From Cyanobacteriota bacterium (lineage in GTDB: Bacteria > Cyanobacteriota > Cyanobacteriia > Cyanobacteriales > Nostocaceae), in NCBI GenBank assembly GCA_046045965.1, contig JBJOKS010000023.1, forward strand, positions 1-64,000: a stretch of DNA of 64,000 nt. Reading direction: 5' to 3'. The position numbers were made by a program, and so were the translations under genes. This document shows, piece by piece, positions 12,652 through 21,281 of this stretch; the first letter of the stretch is position 1, and each line of letters begins with the position of its first letter. The notes beneath the pieces are model-generated. The model was not told where the DNA came from and did no database searches. It was given only the letters and a program-made list of their open reading frames with translations.

Positions 12652-12768
12652 TTTATGAACGGATTTTTTTAAACGTTCGCGTAGCGTGCCGTAAGGCATA
12701 CCGCAGAGACGCAGAGAGCGCAGAGGTAGAGAAAAAGAGGTGTTTATATCTTATTTAGGATTGCTATA
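12634..12768. mobile_element. MITE-like element with TATAGCAATCCTA terminal inverted repeats
   Basis: 13-bp perfect inverted ends (12634-12646 / 12756-12768) with terminal TA; internal CGCAGAG repeats; overlaps the nnr stop. Confidence 0.75.
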
Positions 12769-12801
12769 GTTTGTTAAACATCAAAAAAAACGATTATCAC
12801 C

Positions 12802-13038
12802 ATGTTAGGATTAGATTTAGAAGAACCAAAAGCTATACGAGAAGCGAAAGAAGAAGGTAAGGAAGAAGAAGCTGTATCTATCGCTCTACGTTTGTTAAAT
12901 CGTCGTTTGGGTAATATTCCTGATGAGTTGTTGTCCCAGGTGCAGAGTTTATCTTTAGCACAGATTGAGGATTTATGTGATGTGCTTTTAGATTTTACCA
13001 CTGTGGCAGATTTGGAAGGATGGTTACAACAGCAATAA
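12802..13038 (+). pseudogene. DUF4351 C-terminal fragment (tail of an Rpn/DUF2887-type protein)
   Basis: EAKEEGKEEEA..LRLLNRRLG..LSLAQIEDL..LLDF..LEGWL is the usual C-terminal module; N-terminal domain absent. Confidence 0.7.
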
Positions 13039-13086
13039 ATTAATATTACCTTTGTAGTGCCAGCATCTAGCTGGCCATTTCTCAGT

Positions 13087-13368
13087 TTATCCTAATAACC
13101 GTTTTAATTTTTTATAAACATCATCATCATTGCGCTTACCTACTAAAATTACTTCCACTAAATCTTGATCTGGAAAGTATCTATAAACAATTCGATATTC
13201 ACCACTATCTACTCGATAAAAACCCTGATAACCAGATAATTGTTCACTATCATTTGGTAAAGGTTCAACATTTAAAGCTAAAACCTTTTTGGCGATTTGG
13301 GCTGCTATTTTAGGTTGTAAACCATTGAGAAAATCAAGAACAGTTGCTAAACCATCAAGCCGCGCCAT
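13087..13368 (-). CDS. type II toxin, RelE/ParE family
   Basis: 93 aa, YRVDSGEYRIVY and VGKRNDDDVYK motifs; overlaps the antitoxin stop. Confidence 0.88.
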   Translation of the reverse strand: MARLDGLATVLDFLNGLQPKIAAQIAKKVLALNVEPLPNDSEQLSGYQGFYRVDSGEYRIVYRYFPDQDLVEVILVGKRNDDDVYKKLKRLLG

Positions 13369-13624
13369 TAGCTAAATTCTCCAGTGCCGATGTAAAAGCC
13401 TCTGTACCCACCATTTTTGATTGACTCAAAGCAATTTCCGCATTTTGAACTAACTGCATATCTTCTAATTCTTGCAGTCTATTAATTAATTTTTGGTAGC
13501 TATCGGCGGAAATAATTACATGACTGGGGCGTGATTGTTTGGTTAGTAATACTGGTTCAATAGCGGCTTTATCAAAAACCTCACCATGTTTATTGCGAGC
13601 ATCTGTCAGAGTATAGGTTTGCAT
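13355..13624 (-). CDS. type II antitoxin, Phd/YefM family
   Basis: TLTDARNKHGEVFD..EPVLLTKQSRPSHVIIS..Y Phd pattern, upstream of the toxin. Confidence 0.9.
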   Translation of the reverse strand: MQTYTLTDARNKHGEVFDKAAIEPVLLTKQSRPSHVIISADSYQKLINRLQELEDMQLVQNAEIALSQSKMVGTEAFTSALENLANGAA

Positions 13625-13722
13625 AGGATGACTATTTTAGACATTTTGACTATATTGTAGCATAAATAGGATTTACGCAACTGGCGCGACACAGAGAAAT
13701 GAGGGGATGACTGTAATATGAT

Positions 13723-13953
13723 TTGCAAGGAATGAGCGATCGCACAACAAAAAAGGGAATTGCTGAGAAAATATGTAGTTGGCTGGGTTATTTACCTTTG
13801 GGTTTGGAGTTAGTTGGACGATATTTAGATCGTGATCCAGATTTGTCATTAAAGACAATGTTTTCTTTATTAGAGAAAAAGCGTCTTAGACACACATCAA
13901 TTACAAAAGCTGCGTCTTTGCTCCTTTGCACCTTTGCGCGAAACAAAAACTAA
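13723..13953 (+). pseudogene. internal fragment of an NB-ARC/STAND NTPase gene
   Basis: AEKICSWLGYLPLGLELVGRYL (GLPLA-type motif); no Walker A and no TPR tail. Confidence 0.65.
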
Positions 13954-14015
13954 ACTTTACCACTAAAGGACGTTAAAAAAGATATTAATACCGATGAATG
14001 TTTAAATAATTTTTC

Positions 14016-14048
14016 ATATCCCCGACTTCCTCAAGAAAGCGGGGATAT
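14016..14048. repeat. REP-like palindrome, ATCCCCGACTTC family
   Basis: ATATCCCCG..CGGGGATAT hairpin; related copies at 23494-23526, 48291-48323, 53924-53988. Confidence 0.8.
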
Positions 14049-14052
14049 AATA

Positions 14053-14778
14053 CTAAAAATGCTGATTTGGATCTATTCCCGCATCTCTCAATAATTGTTC
14101 TAAACGTCGGGTGCGTTGACGTTCCTGTTCTAGTTTTTCTTCAAACTCTTTTTGTGTAGCTAAAATTCTCTCCTCTGGGGTTAAATATCTCTTCCCTGTT
14201 TCATCAAACCAATATAACCACTCTCTGGTAATTCCTTGATATTTTCCCTCTTCTCTCCCTATTCCTAAATTAAGTTCTGATAACCACACTGGTTCACCTT
14301 TTAATAACTGATATTCTCCATTTTCCAGTTTATAAACTTCTAAACGTGGTTTTCTTTTCCTTAAAGGATTATATATTACATAATATAAAATCCCTAATTC
14401 AGCATATTCTTGTTTCTTTTGTGTATATTCTCCTCTCCTAGTTTGTGAGACTATTTCTAATACCATGATCGGTAGTTTTTGTTCTTCCCACAAAACATAA
14501 GATAACCGCAAATCCGAGTCAATAATTCTCGGAACTCCGATACTCAGAAAACCATCAGGAACAATTGCAGGTTGATAGGGATCATAATAAATTCCCATAT
14601 CTACCCCAAAAAACCAATCCATTTTTTCTGACCAAATTAATGCGAGAATTGCTTCTAAAAGTCCTGGTATTAAATGTTGTAATTGATTATCCACTGGTGT
14701 GTCGTCTGAGTCTGGTAAATCTTCCGCAGAAGGTAAGCAATGTCGAGGATTATAATTTAATAACATTTGCTTCTCCAA
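14053..14778 (-). CDS. Uma2 family putative endonuclease
   Basis: LPDSDDTPVDNQLQ, IVPDGFLS, VLEIVS, YAELGILYYVIYNP; coiled-coil tail. Confidence 0.9.
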   Translation of the reverse strand: MEKQMLLNYNPRHCLPSAEDLPDSDDTPVDNQLQHLIPGLLEAILALIWSEKMDWFFGVDMGIYYDPYQPAIVPDGFLSIGVPRIIDSDLRLSYVLWEEQKLPIMVLEIVSQTRRGEYTQKKQEYAELGILYYVIYNPLRKRKPRLEVYKLENGEYQLLKGEPVWLSELNLGIGREEGKYQGITREWLYWFDETGKRYLTPEERILATQKEFEEKLEQERQRTRRLEQLLRDAGIDPNQHF

Positions 14779-14823
14779 AAAATTCTCTAGTTTATATTAT
14801 AGAAGATTTTTGATTCATGATAC

Positions 14824-15537
14824 TTAGGAACTCATCACACCCATACCATCTTTAATTAAATGACCATCTTCCATATAAATAATTCGATCAGCAATATCTA
14901 AAATCCGATTATCATGGGTGACAAGTAAAATTGTACAATCATGTTCTTTTGCCAATTTCTGCATTAATTCTACCACATCTCTACCCGATTGTTTATCAAG
15001 TGCTGCGGTAGGTTCATCTGCTAAAATAATTTTGGGATTACTAACTAATGCACGTGCGATCGCTACTCTTTGTTTTTGTCCACCTGATAAGTTATCTGGA
15101 TAGTAATTTAATCTTTTTCCTAAACCCACTTCTTCTAACATTTTTTGGGAACGCATCATCATTTCTTGAGTTGAGATTTTGGGATGTACTTCTAAACCCA
15201 TTCTCACATTTTGAATTGCTGTTAAACTTCCATGTAAATTATGTGCTTGAAAAATAAAACCGTGATTTCTCCTTGCTTGGGTGAGTTGTTTTGCAGTTGC
15301 GTTACACAGTTCTTTATCTAATATCTTTAAACTCCCAGACTGTGCAGAACGCAAACCACCGACTAAGGTTAATAATGTGGTTTTACCAGAACCAGATGGA
15401 CCAGTCATGATGACAATTTCCCCTGCGTTAATGGTAAGGTTGATATTAAATAAAACTTGTTTTTTGAGTTGTCCAGACCCGAAGTAATGATCAAGGTTTT
15501 CGACATCAATTACTGGTTGTAAAAAGTTGGTTTCCAT
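14824..15537 (-). CDS. DevA-family ABC exporter ATP-binding protein
   Basis: GPSGSGKT, LSGGQKQRVAIAR, ILADEPT, VTHD. Confidence 0.93.
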   Translation of the reverse strand: METNFLQPVIDVENLDHYFGSGQLKKQVLFNINLTINAGEIVIMTGPSGSGKTTLLTLVGGLRSAQSGSLKILDKELCNATAKQLTQARRNHGFIFQAHNLHGSLTAIQNVRMGLEVHPKISTQEMMMRSQKMLEEVGLGKRLNYYPDNLSGGQKQRVAIARALVSNPKIILADEPTAALDKQSGRDVVELMQKLAKEHDCTILLVTHDNRILDIADRIIYMEDGHLIKDGMGVMSS

Positions 15538-15718
15538 AGTTATGATTTTTTCTCACGCAAAGACGCAAAAGAAGAAATGTAGGTTGGTTTGACGCAAGGA
15601 AACCCAACATTTTTTAAGTTTGTGTTTAACGTTGGGGTTGCGCTGTCGCTTGACATTTAAGACAGTCGCTACAATCTAATTATTTAATACTAAAAATTCT
15701 GACTCCTGACTCCTTCTT

Positions 15719-16900
15719 TTAAAACATATCTGCGGGATCTGCTGATTGTAGTTTACCAGTGGCTATTGTACCAGAAATTGTACACATGATAATTGTGAGG
15801 ATGAAGACAAATAATGCTCTAGCTAATGTCATATATATGGGTAAATTTGTGGCGTTTCTGGCTAGGTTATATAGTCCTAATGGGATAATAAAACCAGGGA
15901 TAAATCCTAATGCTGCTAAAATGATCGCTTCTTCAAAAATCACTCCTAATAAATATGTGTTATTATATCCCATCGCTTTAAAAGTAGCGTATTCTTTAAG
16001 ATGAGAATTTACATCAGTTGATAAAACTTGATAAACAATAATCACTCCTACAATAAATCCCATTCCTACACCCATAGTAAATATAAAACCAATCGGACTT
16101 TCTTTTTTCCAATAATCTTCTTCCAGTTTTACATATTCAGCATGAGTTAAAACTTTCACATCTTGATTATTTTGCAAATGTGTTTTTAATGCTGCTGCTA
16201 CCTGTTCTAATTCATATCCTGATTTAACATCTATTAAACCTAAGTTAATACTTACTACTGATCTTCTAGGCAAGATTCTTAAAAAATTATCATCACTAGA
16301 AACTAATGTTCCATCTGCACCAAAAGAAGCTCCCAATTTAAACAAACCACTAATATTAATTGTCCGTTTTTCTATTTCTGTACTAACAGTTTTACCTGCA
16401 TCCATTTGAGCAAAAACTTGATCATAATCTCCCCTCGCACCTCTATCAAAAAGAAACTGATCAGGTAATTTAATAATATCTAATTGGGCGCTAATTTCTG
16501 GTATATTTAATGCTGATTGTTCAGGACTAAATCCTATTGCTTGTACAGATGTTTTACGTTTTGTTTGGGGATTTTTCCAAGTTACTAAACCAGTATACAT
16601 GGCTTGGGCTGATTTCACACCAGGTACATCCGCAGCTTGTAATAATCTCCTACGGGAAAATGTAGACATATTTTGTAAATTTTTACTCTGCGGACTAATT
16701 AATATTATATCTGCATTCACAGATCGATGAAATCTAGTATTGCTGTCATATAACGCATTTTGAAATCCCAACTGCATAAAAATCAGCACATCTGCAAACG
16801 CAATACCAGATATCGCCACCAACAACCGACTTTTTTGATGATTTAATTGTAACCATCCCAACGGTGTGCGTCTTTGCAATTCTTGAATAAATCCTATCAT
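15719..16900 (-). CDS. DevC-family ABC exporter permease
   Basis: TPLGWLQL..RLLVAISGIAFADVLIFMQLGF, EYATFKAMGY, C-terminal ADPADMF. Confidence 0.92.
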   Translation of the reverse strand: MIGFIQELQRRTPLGWLQLNHQKSRLLVAISGIAFADVLIFMQLGFQNALYDSNTRFHRSVNADIILISPQSKNLQNMSTFSRRRLLQAADVPGVKSAQAMYTGLVTWKNPQTKRKTSVQAIGFSPEQSALNIPEISAQLDIIKLPDQFLFDRGARGDYDQVFAQMDAGKTVSTEIEKRTINISGLFKLGASFGADGTLVSSDDNFLRILPRRSVVSINLGLIDVKSGYELEQVAAALKTHLQNNQDVKVLTHAEYVKLEEDYWKKESPIGFIFTMGVGMGFIVGVIIVYQVLSTDVNSHLKEYATFKAMGYNNTYLLGVIFEEAIILAALGFIPGFIIPLGLYNLARNATNLPIYMTLARALFVFILTIIMCTISGTIATGKLQSADPADMF

Positions 16901-18186
16901 AGTGAAATTACTGCCTTTACTTGTAAATTAGTAAATTTTGCTGCCTTATTACTAGATTCCTGATCTAACTTGACATGAACTTCTACAACCCTAGAATCAA
17001 TATTTTCACTAGGATCAGAATTAATCACATTTTGTCTTTGTACCTTCCAACCAATCCTATCTACTGTTCCTTGTAATTCTTCTGGTAAAGAAACACTCGA
17101 TATTTTTACTTGTTGTTGAGTACGTATTTTACTAATATCACTTTGGTAAACTTCGACAACTGCAAACATCTGATTAGTTTGTCCAATTTCCACTATCCCA
17201 TCAGTAGATACCACTTCACCAGCGCGGGTATAGATATCAAAAATTACACCATCTTGGAGTGACTTCACATACACTTGATCTAAATTTGCCTTTGCTTGTT
17301 TCTCTGCCGCTATAGTACGATTTAATTCTGCTTTGGCTGCTGATACATCCACTGGACGAACTTCAGCTATTTGATTTAAGGTGGCTTTGGCTGAAGTAAC
17401 TTGTTTGCTACCAGTGGCTTGAATCCGGTTTAAGGCTGTTTCCGCTTCGTTAATTTGCTTACGTCCTGTGCTGTCAATACGGTTGAGGTTTGCTTTGGCT
17501 TCGTTCAACTGTTGGGTAATGGTATCAACGGTCAGGTTTTTACTGTCAAATAATGACTGAGAAATTGCCCCATCTCTGTAAAGTTGCTGATGTCGTTCCA
17601 GTTCAATTTGGGCGTTTTTCAGTTCAGCTTGTAATCTGTTTATTGTTGCGCGTTGGGCTGATGTCTCACCTTGCCATTGTGCTTCTAATCTCGCTACTGC
17701 TTCTCGTTGTCCGTTTTCATCTCCGAGCTTTTGGGCTTCTATTCTAGCAATTTCGGCTTTCTGTGCTTCTATTTCTCCACTTTTAGCCCCTAATTGCACT
17801 TTTTCTAAGTTTACCTGAGCAATTTTCACTGCTGCTTGTGCTTCTTGGTATGCTGCTTGCAGTCGGGGACGGTTATCCAAGATCGCTATGACTTGTCCAG
17901 TTTTGACTTTATCCCCTTCTTGGACCAAAAGCTGCTCTACTCGGCTACCTTGACTCGATGTAGGTGCTGCAAGTTTGATGACTTCTCCCTGGGGTTCGAG
18001 TCTCCCTAATGCCGTCACTGTCTTAATTTGCGGTATGGTGATTTGGGAAACTTGAGTTTTTTTGGTATTTTCCGCTTGACTTTGTAAAATTCTATATCCT
18101 TGTAAACCGCCAATACCGAAAATTATCGCTGCTCCCAGCATAATTAGTGGTCGGGAGTTAGGTTTAAATGCTAGATCACGCATCAT
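16897..18186 (-). CDS. DevB-family membrane fusion protein (HlyD-like)
   Basis: VTALGRLEPQGEVI, long coiled coil, EVYQSDI, DSRVVEV, TNLQV; ATGA overlap with the permease. Confidence 0.92.
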   Translation of the reverse strand: MMRDLAFKPNSRPLIMLGAAIIFGIGGLQGYRILQSQAENTKKTQVSQITIPQIKTVTALGRLEPQGEVIKLAAPTSSQGSRVEQLLVQEGDKVKTGQVIAILDNRPRLQAAYQEAQAAVKIAQVNLEKVQLGAKSGEIEAQKAEIARIEAQKLGDENGQREAVARLEAQWQGETSAQRATINRLQAELKNAQIELERHQQLYRDGAISQSLFDSKNLTVDTITQQLNEAKANLNRIDSTGRKQINEAETALNRIQATGSKQVTSAKATLNQIAEVRPVDVSAAKAELNRTIAAEKQAKANLDQVYVKSLQDGVIFDIYTRAGEVVSTDGIVEIGQTNQMFAVVEVYQSDISKIRTQQQVKISSVSLPEELQGTVDRIGWKVQRQNVINSDPSENIDSRVVEVHVKLDQESSNKAAKFTNLQVKAVISL

Positions 18187-18216
18187 AGAGTTTCCCTCTC
18201 AGATTCAAAGATGCTA

Positions 18217-18262
18217 ACTAAACTAATCAGTTTAGTGATATAACTAAACTAAACTGTCTATT
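18217..18262. promoter_or_regulatory. candidate TetR operator(s)
   Basis: perfect inverted repeat ACTAAACT-N4-AGTTTAGT (18217-18236) plus a degenerate second copy (18243-18262) between divergent devB-like and tetR genes. Confidence 0.65.
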
Positions 18263-18333
18263 ACAATAATGTCAAGAGCGATCGCCAAAATAATCCCAAA
18301 AAAATGCCAAAATAATTGATTTAGGTTACTTAT

Positions 18334-19179
18334 ATGCCAAAAAAAATTAAAAAAATAGATTTCACAGATAAAACAGATAAAGTTGATGCTATCCTTGTCG
18401 GTGCGATGCAGGAATTTTTAACACATGGTTATGCTGCAACCACGATGGATCGAGTCACAGAAGCAGCAGGAGTATCAAAAGCAACAGTATATAGCTATTT
18501 TCAAGATAAGGAAGGGTTATTTACTGCGCTGATTGAACGATTAACACAGCAGAAATACTTAGCTGTTTATAATCCTCAAGATACGCAATTTCTCGTAGGA
18601 GAACCGGAAACAGTTTTGCGTCGTATTGCCAACAATATTTTAAACAACATTGCTTGTTCCCAGGAATCATTGAATTTTATCAGGTTAATTATTGCCGAAT
18701 CAGGGCGTTTTCCCTCATTAGCGCAGATTTTTGTCCGTAATTTAGATAAAACTGGTTTACAGGCAATTACTCAGTATTTTGCAAACCATCAAGAATTACA
18801 GTTACCTGATGCACAGGTAGCAGCACGGATTTTTCTAGGTACTTTGGTGTATTTTACGATTATTCAGTATATGTTACATGGTGCGGATATTTTACCGATG
18901 GAGCGCGATCGCCTGATTGATAATCTAGTAAATTTAATGACCAGTAACAAAATAGATATACATGGTAAGAGGTATTCTGGAACTAGACACAAGTCACCCA
19001 GACGTAAACGCACATCTGGAGGTAAATTTCAGGCTGACTATGGTGATGAGACGAAAAAGTTGAGGTCTATCCGGTTGACAGATACCGCTTGGGCAAAATT
19101 AGATGAATTAGCACAGGAAAATAACTTAACTCGCAGTGAGATGATTGAAATCTTTGCTCGTCAGGGTTTGGGAGATTAA
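18334..19179 (+). CDS. TetR/AcrR family regulator with C-terminal RHH-like extension
   Basis: TetR HTH (GYAATTMDRVTEAAGVSKATVYSYFQDKEGLF), IIAESGRFP, plus ~75 extra residues ending RSIRLTDTAWAKLDELAQENNLTRSEMIE. Confidence 0.88.
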   Translation: MPKKIKKIDFTDKTDKVDAILVGAMQEFLTHGYAATTMDRVTEAAGVSKATVYSYFQDKEGLFTALIERLTQQKYLAVYNPQDTQFLVGEPETVLRRIANNILNNIACSQESLNFIRLIIAESGRFPSLAQIFVRNLDKTGLQAITQYFANHQELQLPDAQVAARIFLGTLVYFTIIQYMLHGADILPMERDRLIDNLVNLMTSNKIDIHGKRYSGTRHKSPRRKRTSGGKFQADYGDETKKLRSIRLTDTAWAKLDELAQENNLTRSEMIEIFARQGLGD

Positions 19180-19274
19180 AAATTGTATATACATGGTGAT
19201 TTGGCAAATCAACCACATTTTTGTTTTTCTTTGCTCAAATTTTTGTTAATATTAAAAAGGAGAAAATTGTCAAA

Positions 19275-19380
19275 TATAGCAATTACCATTCAAGTGAGGT
19301 ACAAGCAGTAATAATTAAACGCAGATGGACGCAGATAGACGCAGATGATTTTTTACTTCACCAGACTAGGAAACGCTATA
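19275..19380. mobile_element. TATAGC...GCTATA MITE-like element
   Basis: terminal TATAGC/GCTATA, subterminal GTGAGGTA/TACTTCAC, internal ACGCAGAT repeats. Confidence 0.6.
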
Positions 19381-19420
19381 GATAAATTAAATTATTAGTT
19401 TTTAGAGGTTAAATAATTAT

Positions 19421-19882
19421 ATGACAGCACCTCAACCTACAGTAACTACTAATTCTAATCTTTACGAACAAGATTTTTACCTGTGGATAGAAACAACCGC
19501 CAAACAATTAAAAGCAGGTAAATTTGCAGAAATTGATTTAGAAAATCTGATTGAAGAAATTGAAAGCATGGGAAGAAATGAAAAACACGCCCTAGAAAGT
19601 AACCTAGTTATTCTTTTAATGCACCTGCTCAAATATAAATATCAACCAGAAAAACGTACCAACAGTTGGAAAGCAACTATTAGAGAACATCGGCGAAGAT
19701 TGACAAGAAGTTTTAAAGAAAGTCCTAGCTTAAAGACCTATTTTCAAGAAGTATTTATGGAATGTTATCAAGATGCACGTCAACAAGCTAGTGATGAAAC
19801 AGGTTTGTTACTGGATATGTTTCCTGTAGAATCTCCTTTTAATACAGATGAATGTTTAAATCAAGACTTTTTACCTAATTAA
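19421..19882 (+). CDS. DUF29 family protein
   Basis: LYEQDFYLWIE, IDLENLIEEIESMGR, HLLKYKYQP, SWKATIREHR, SPSLK. Confidence 0.92.
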   Translation: MTAPQPTVTTNSNLYEQDFYLWIETTAKQLKAGKFAEIDLENLIEEIESMGRNEKHALESNLVILLMHLLKYKYQPEKRTNSWKATIREHRRRLTRSFKESPSLKTYFQEVFMECYQDARQQASDETGLLLDMFPVESPFNTDECLNQDFLPN

Positions 19883-19940
19883 TTAAAATATTTATTATTA
19901 TCCCCCCTGTTAATGTGAGTTGGGGGGATCTAAAATCAAT

Positions 19941-21038
19941 CTAGGGTGGATCTAAATGAAGCCCCAAATTTCCCTTAAATTCTTTGTTCAACTTTTCAAT
20001 TACATACTTTGCAACCACAGTTTCTGAACATTTATCACGCCAGAAATTTAATGATTTATAGTGCATTTCCGCCATCAATTCTTTACTTTCTAACAGATTT
20101 TTTAACACCTTTGGTAACTCTTGCCAATTTTTAACTTTAATCACCGGCGCACCCTCTAAATACCACCGAGAAGGTAAAGCTTCTGTCACCAAAACGCAAC
20201 CATATTTCATCCCTTCAAATAAACGAGTTGTTTCAAAAGATGTACCTCTAGGAACAACACAGATTTTTGTGTCCATCATAATTTCACAATAGCTGCGTTC
20301 ATCTTCTTGAGTTCTATTGTGATAACCACCAGTAATTGATAATTCAACTTTAAATTGTGGATATTTTTCCTTGAACTTATTTAAAGTTGATAACATCAAT
20401 TTTCTAGATAATGCTTTAGGAGTTCCTAACCAAGATTTAAAAGACCATACAGGATATTCTCGATGAATTACACTCCCTGAAAAATAAGTATCATAGAGAC
20501 GAGATTCGATATTTTTGATAGGCAAATTCTGAGAATTATGATAACCCAAGGGAATATCATAAATAGGAGGAATTTTACTTTTACCTAATGCCCAATTTTT
20601 GAGTTTATGCCAATGATAATTAACCCTACCTGGTACACCAACAACTAAAATTCTTAAAAATTGAATTAGTGTCAGTAAGTTTAATAATGAAGGTTGCAAA
20701 ATAGGGTTACATCCCAGGATGGAATTTGTACCAACACACTTAAATACAGCCCTAACTTTGTGGGCATATTTGGGTATGCGATACCATTCATCTCCGAGGA
20801 CAAAAACTACAACATTCTGCCCATAAGATGGCAGTTCATCAATTTCATTCCAGGTGACATAAAAGACTAAACCACTGATAAGAGAACTTTTCTCTATAGC
20901 CTGAAATACTTTACCGAAATAAGTGGTTAAACTGAATTCAATTGGTGGTTTAACGTCGTATATATCCCAAGCAACAGGTTTTTGATCTTTGCGAATGTAG
21001 AGATAATACTGATTAGCAAGAGCGGTAATTACAGTCAT
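19941..21038 (-). CDS. putative glycosyltransferase (exostosin/GT47-like C-terminus)
   Basis: YCEIMMDTKICVVPRGTSFETTRLFEGMKYGCV resembles the exostosin C-terminal motif. Confidence 0.65.
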   Translation of the reverse strand: MTVITALANQYYLYIRKDQKPVAWDIYDVKPPIEFSLTTYFGKVFQAIEKSSLISGLVFYVTWNEIDELPSYGQNVVVFVLGDEWYRIPKYAHKVRAVFKCVGTNSILGCNPILQPSLLNLLTLIQFLRILVVGVPGRVNYHWHKLKNWALGKSKIPPIYDIPLGYHNSQNLPIKNIESRLYDTYFSGSVIHREYPVWSFKSWLGTPKALSRKLMLSTLNKFKEKYPQFKVELSITGGYHNRTQEDERSYCEIMMDTKICVVPRGTSFETTRLFEGMKYGCVLVTEALPSRWYLEGAPVIKVKNWQELPKVLKNLLESKELMAEMHYKSLNFWRDKCSETVVAKYVIEKLNKEFKGNLGLHLDPP

Positions 21039-21281
21039 CTAAGTTCAGGAGTTTTATCAGAATTTACCTAATTTGTTGAGATAAAAAACACTAAGACATA
21101 AAACCCAGACCCCTCAGATTCAGCTGTAAGTCTAAGTATTAGCCGTTTATTTCTTTCTCAGTGGCTTTTCCTAAAATAGCCTTGCTTCCATTTTTCCATC
21201 CTTTGTTGTAGAGACAGGAAAGTTATACAAAATCATCATTGAAAATTCATAATTTTTTCGTAATTAATTACTCCTGACTCC

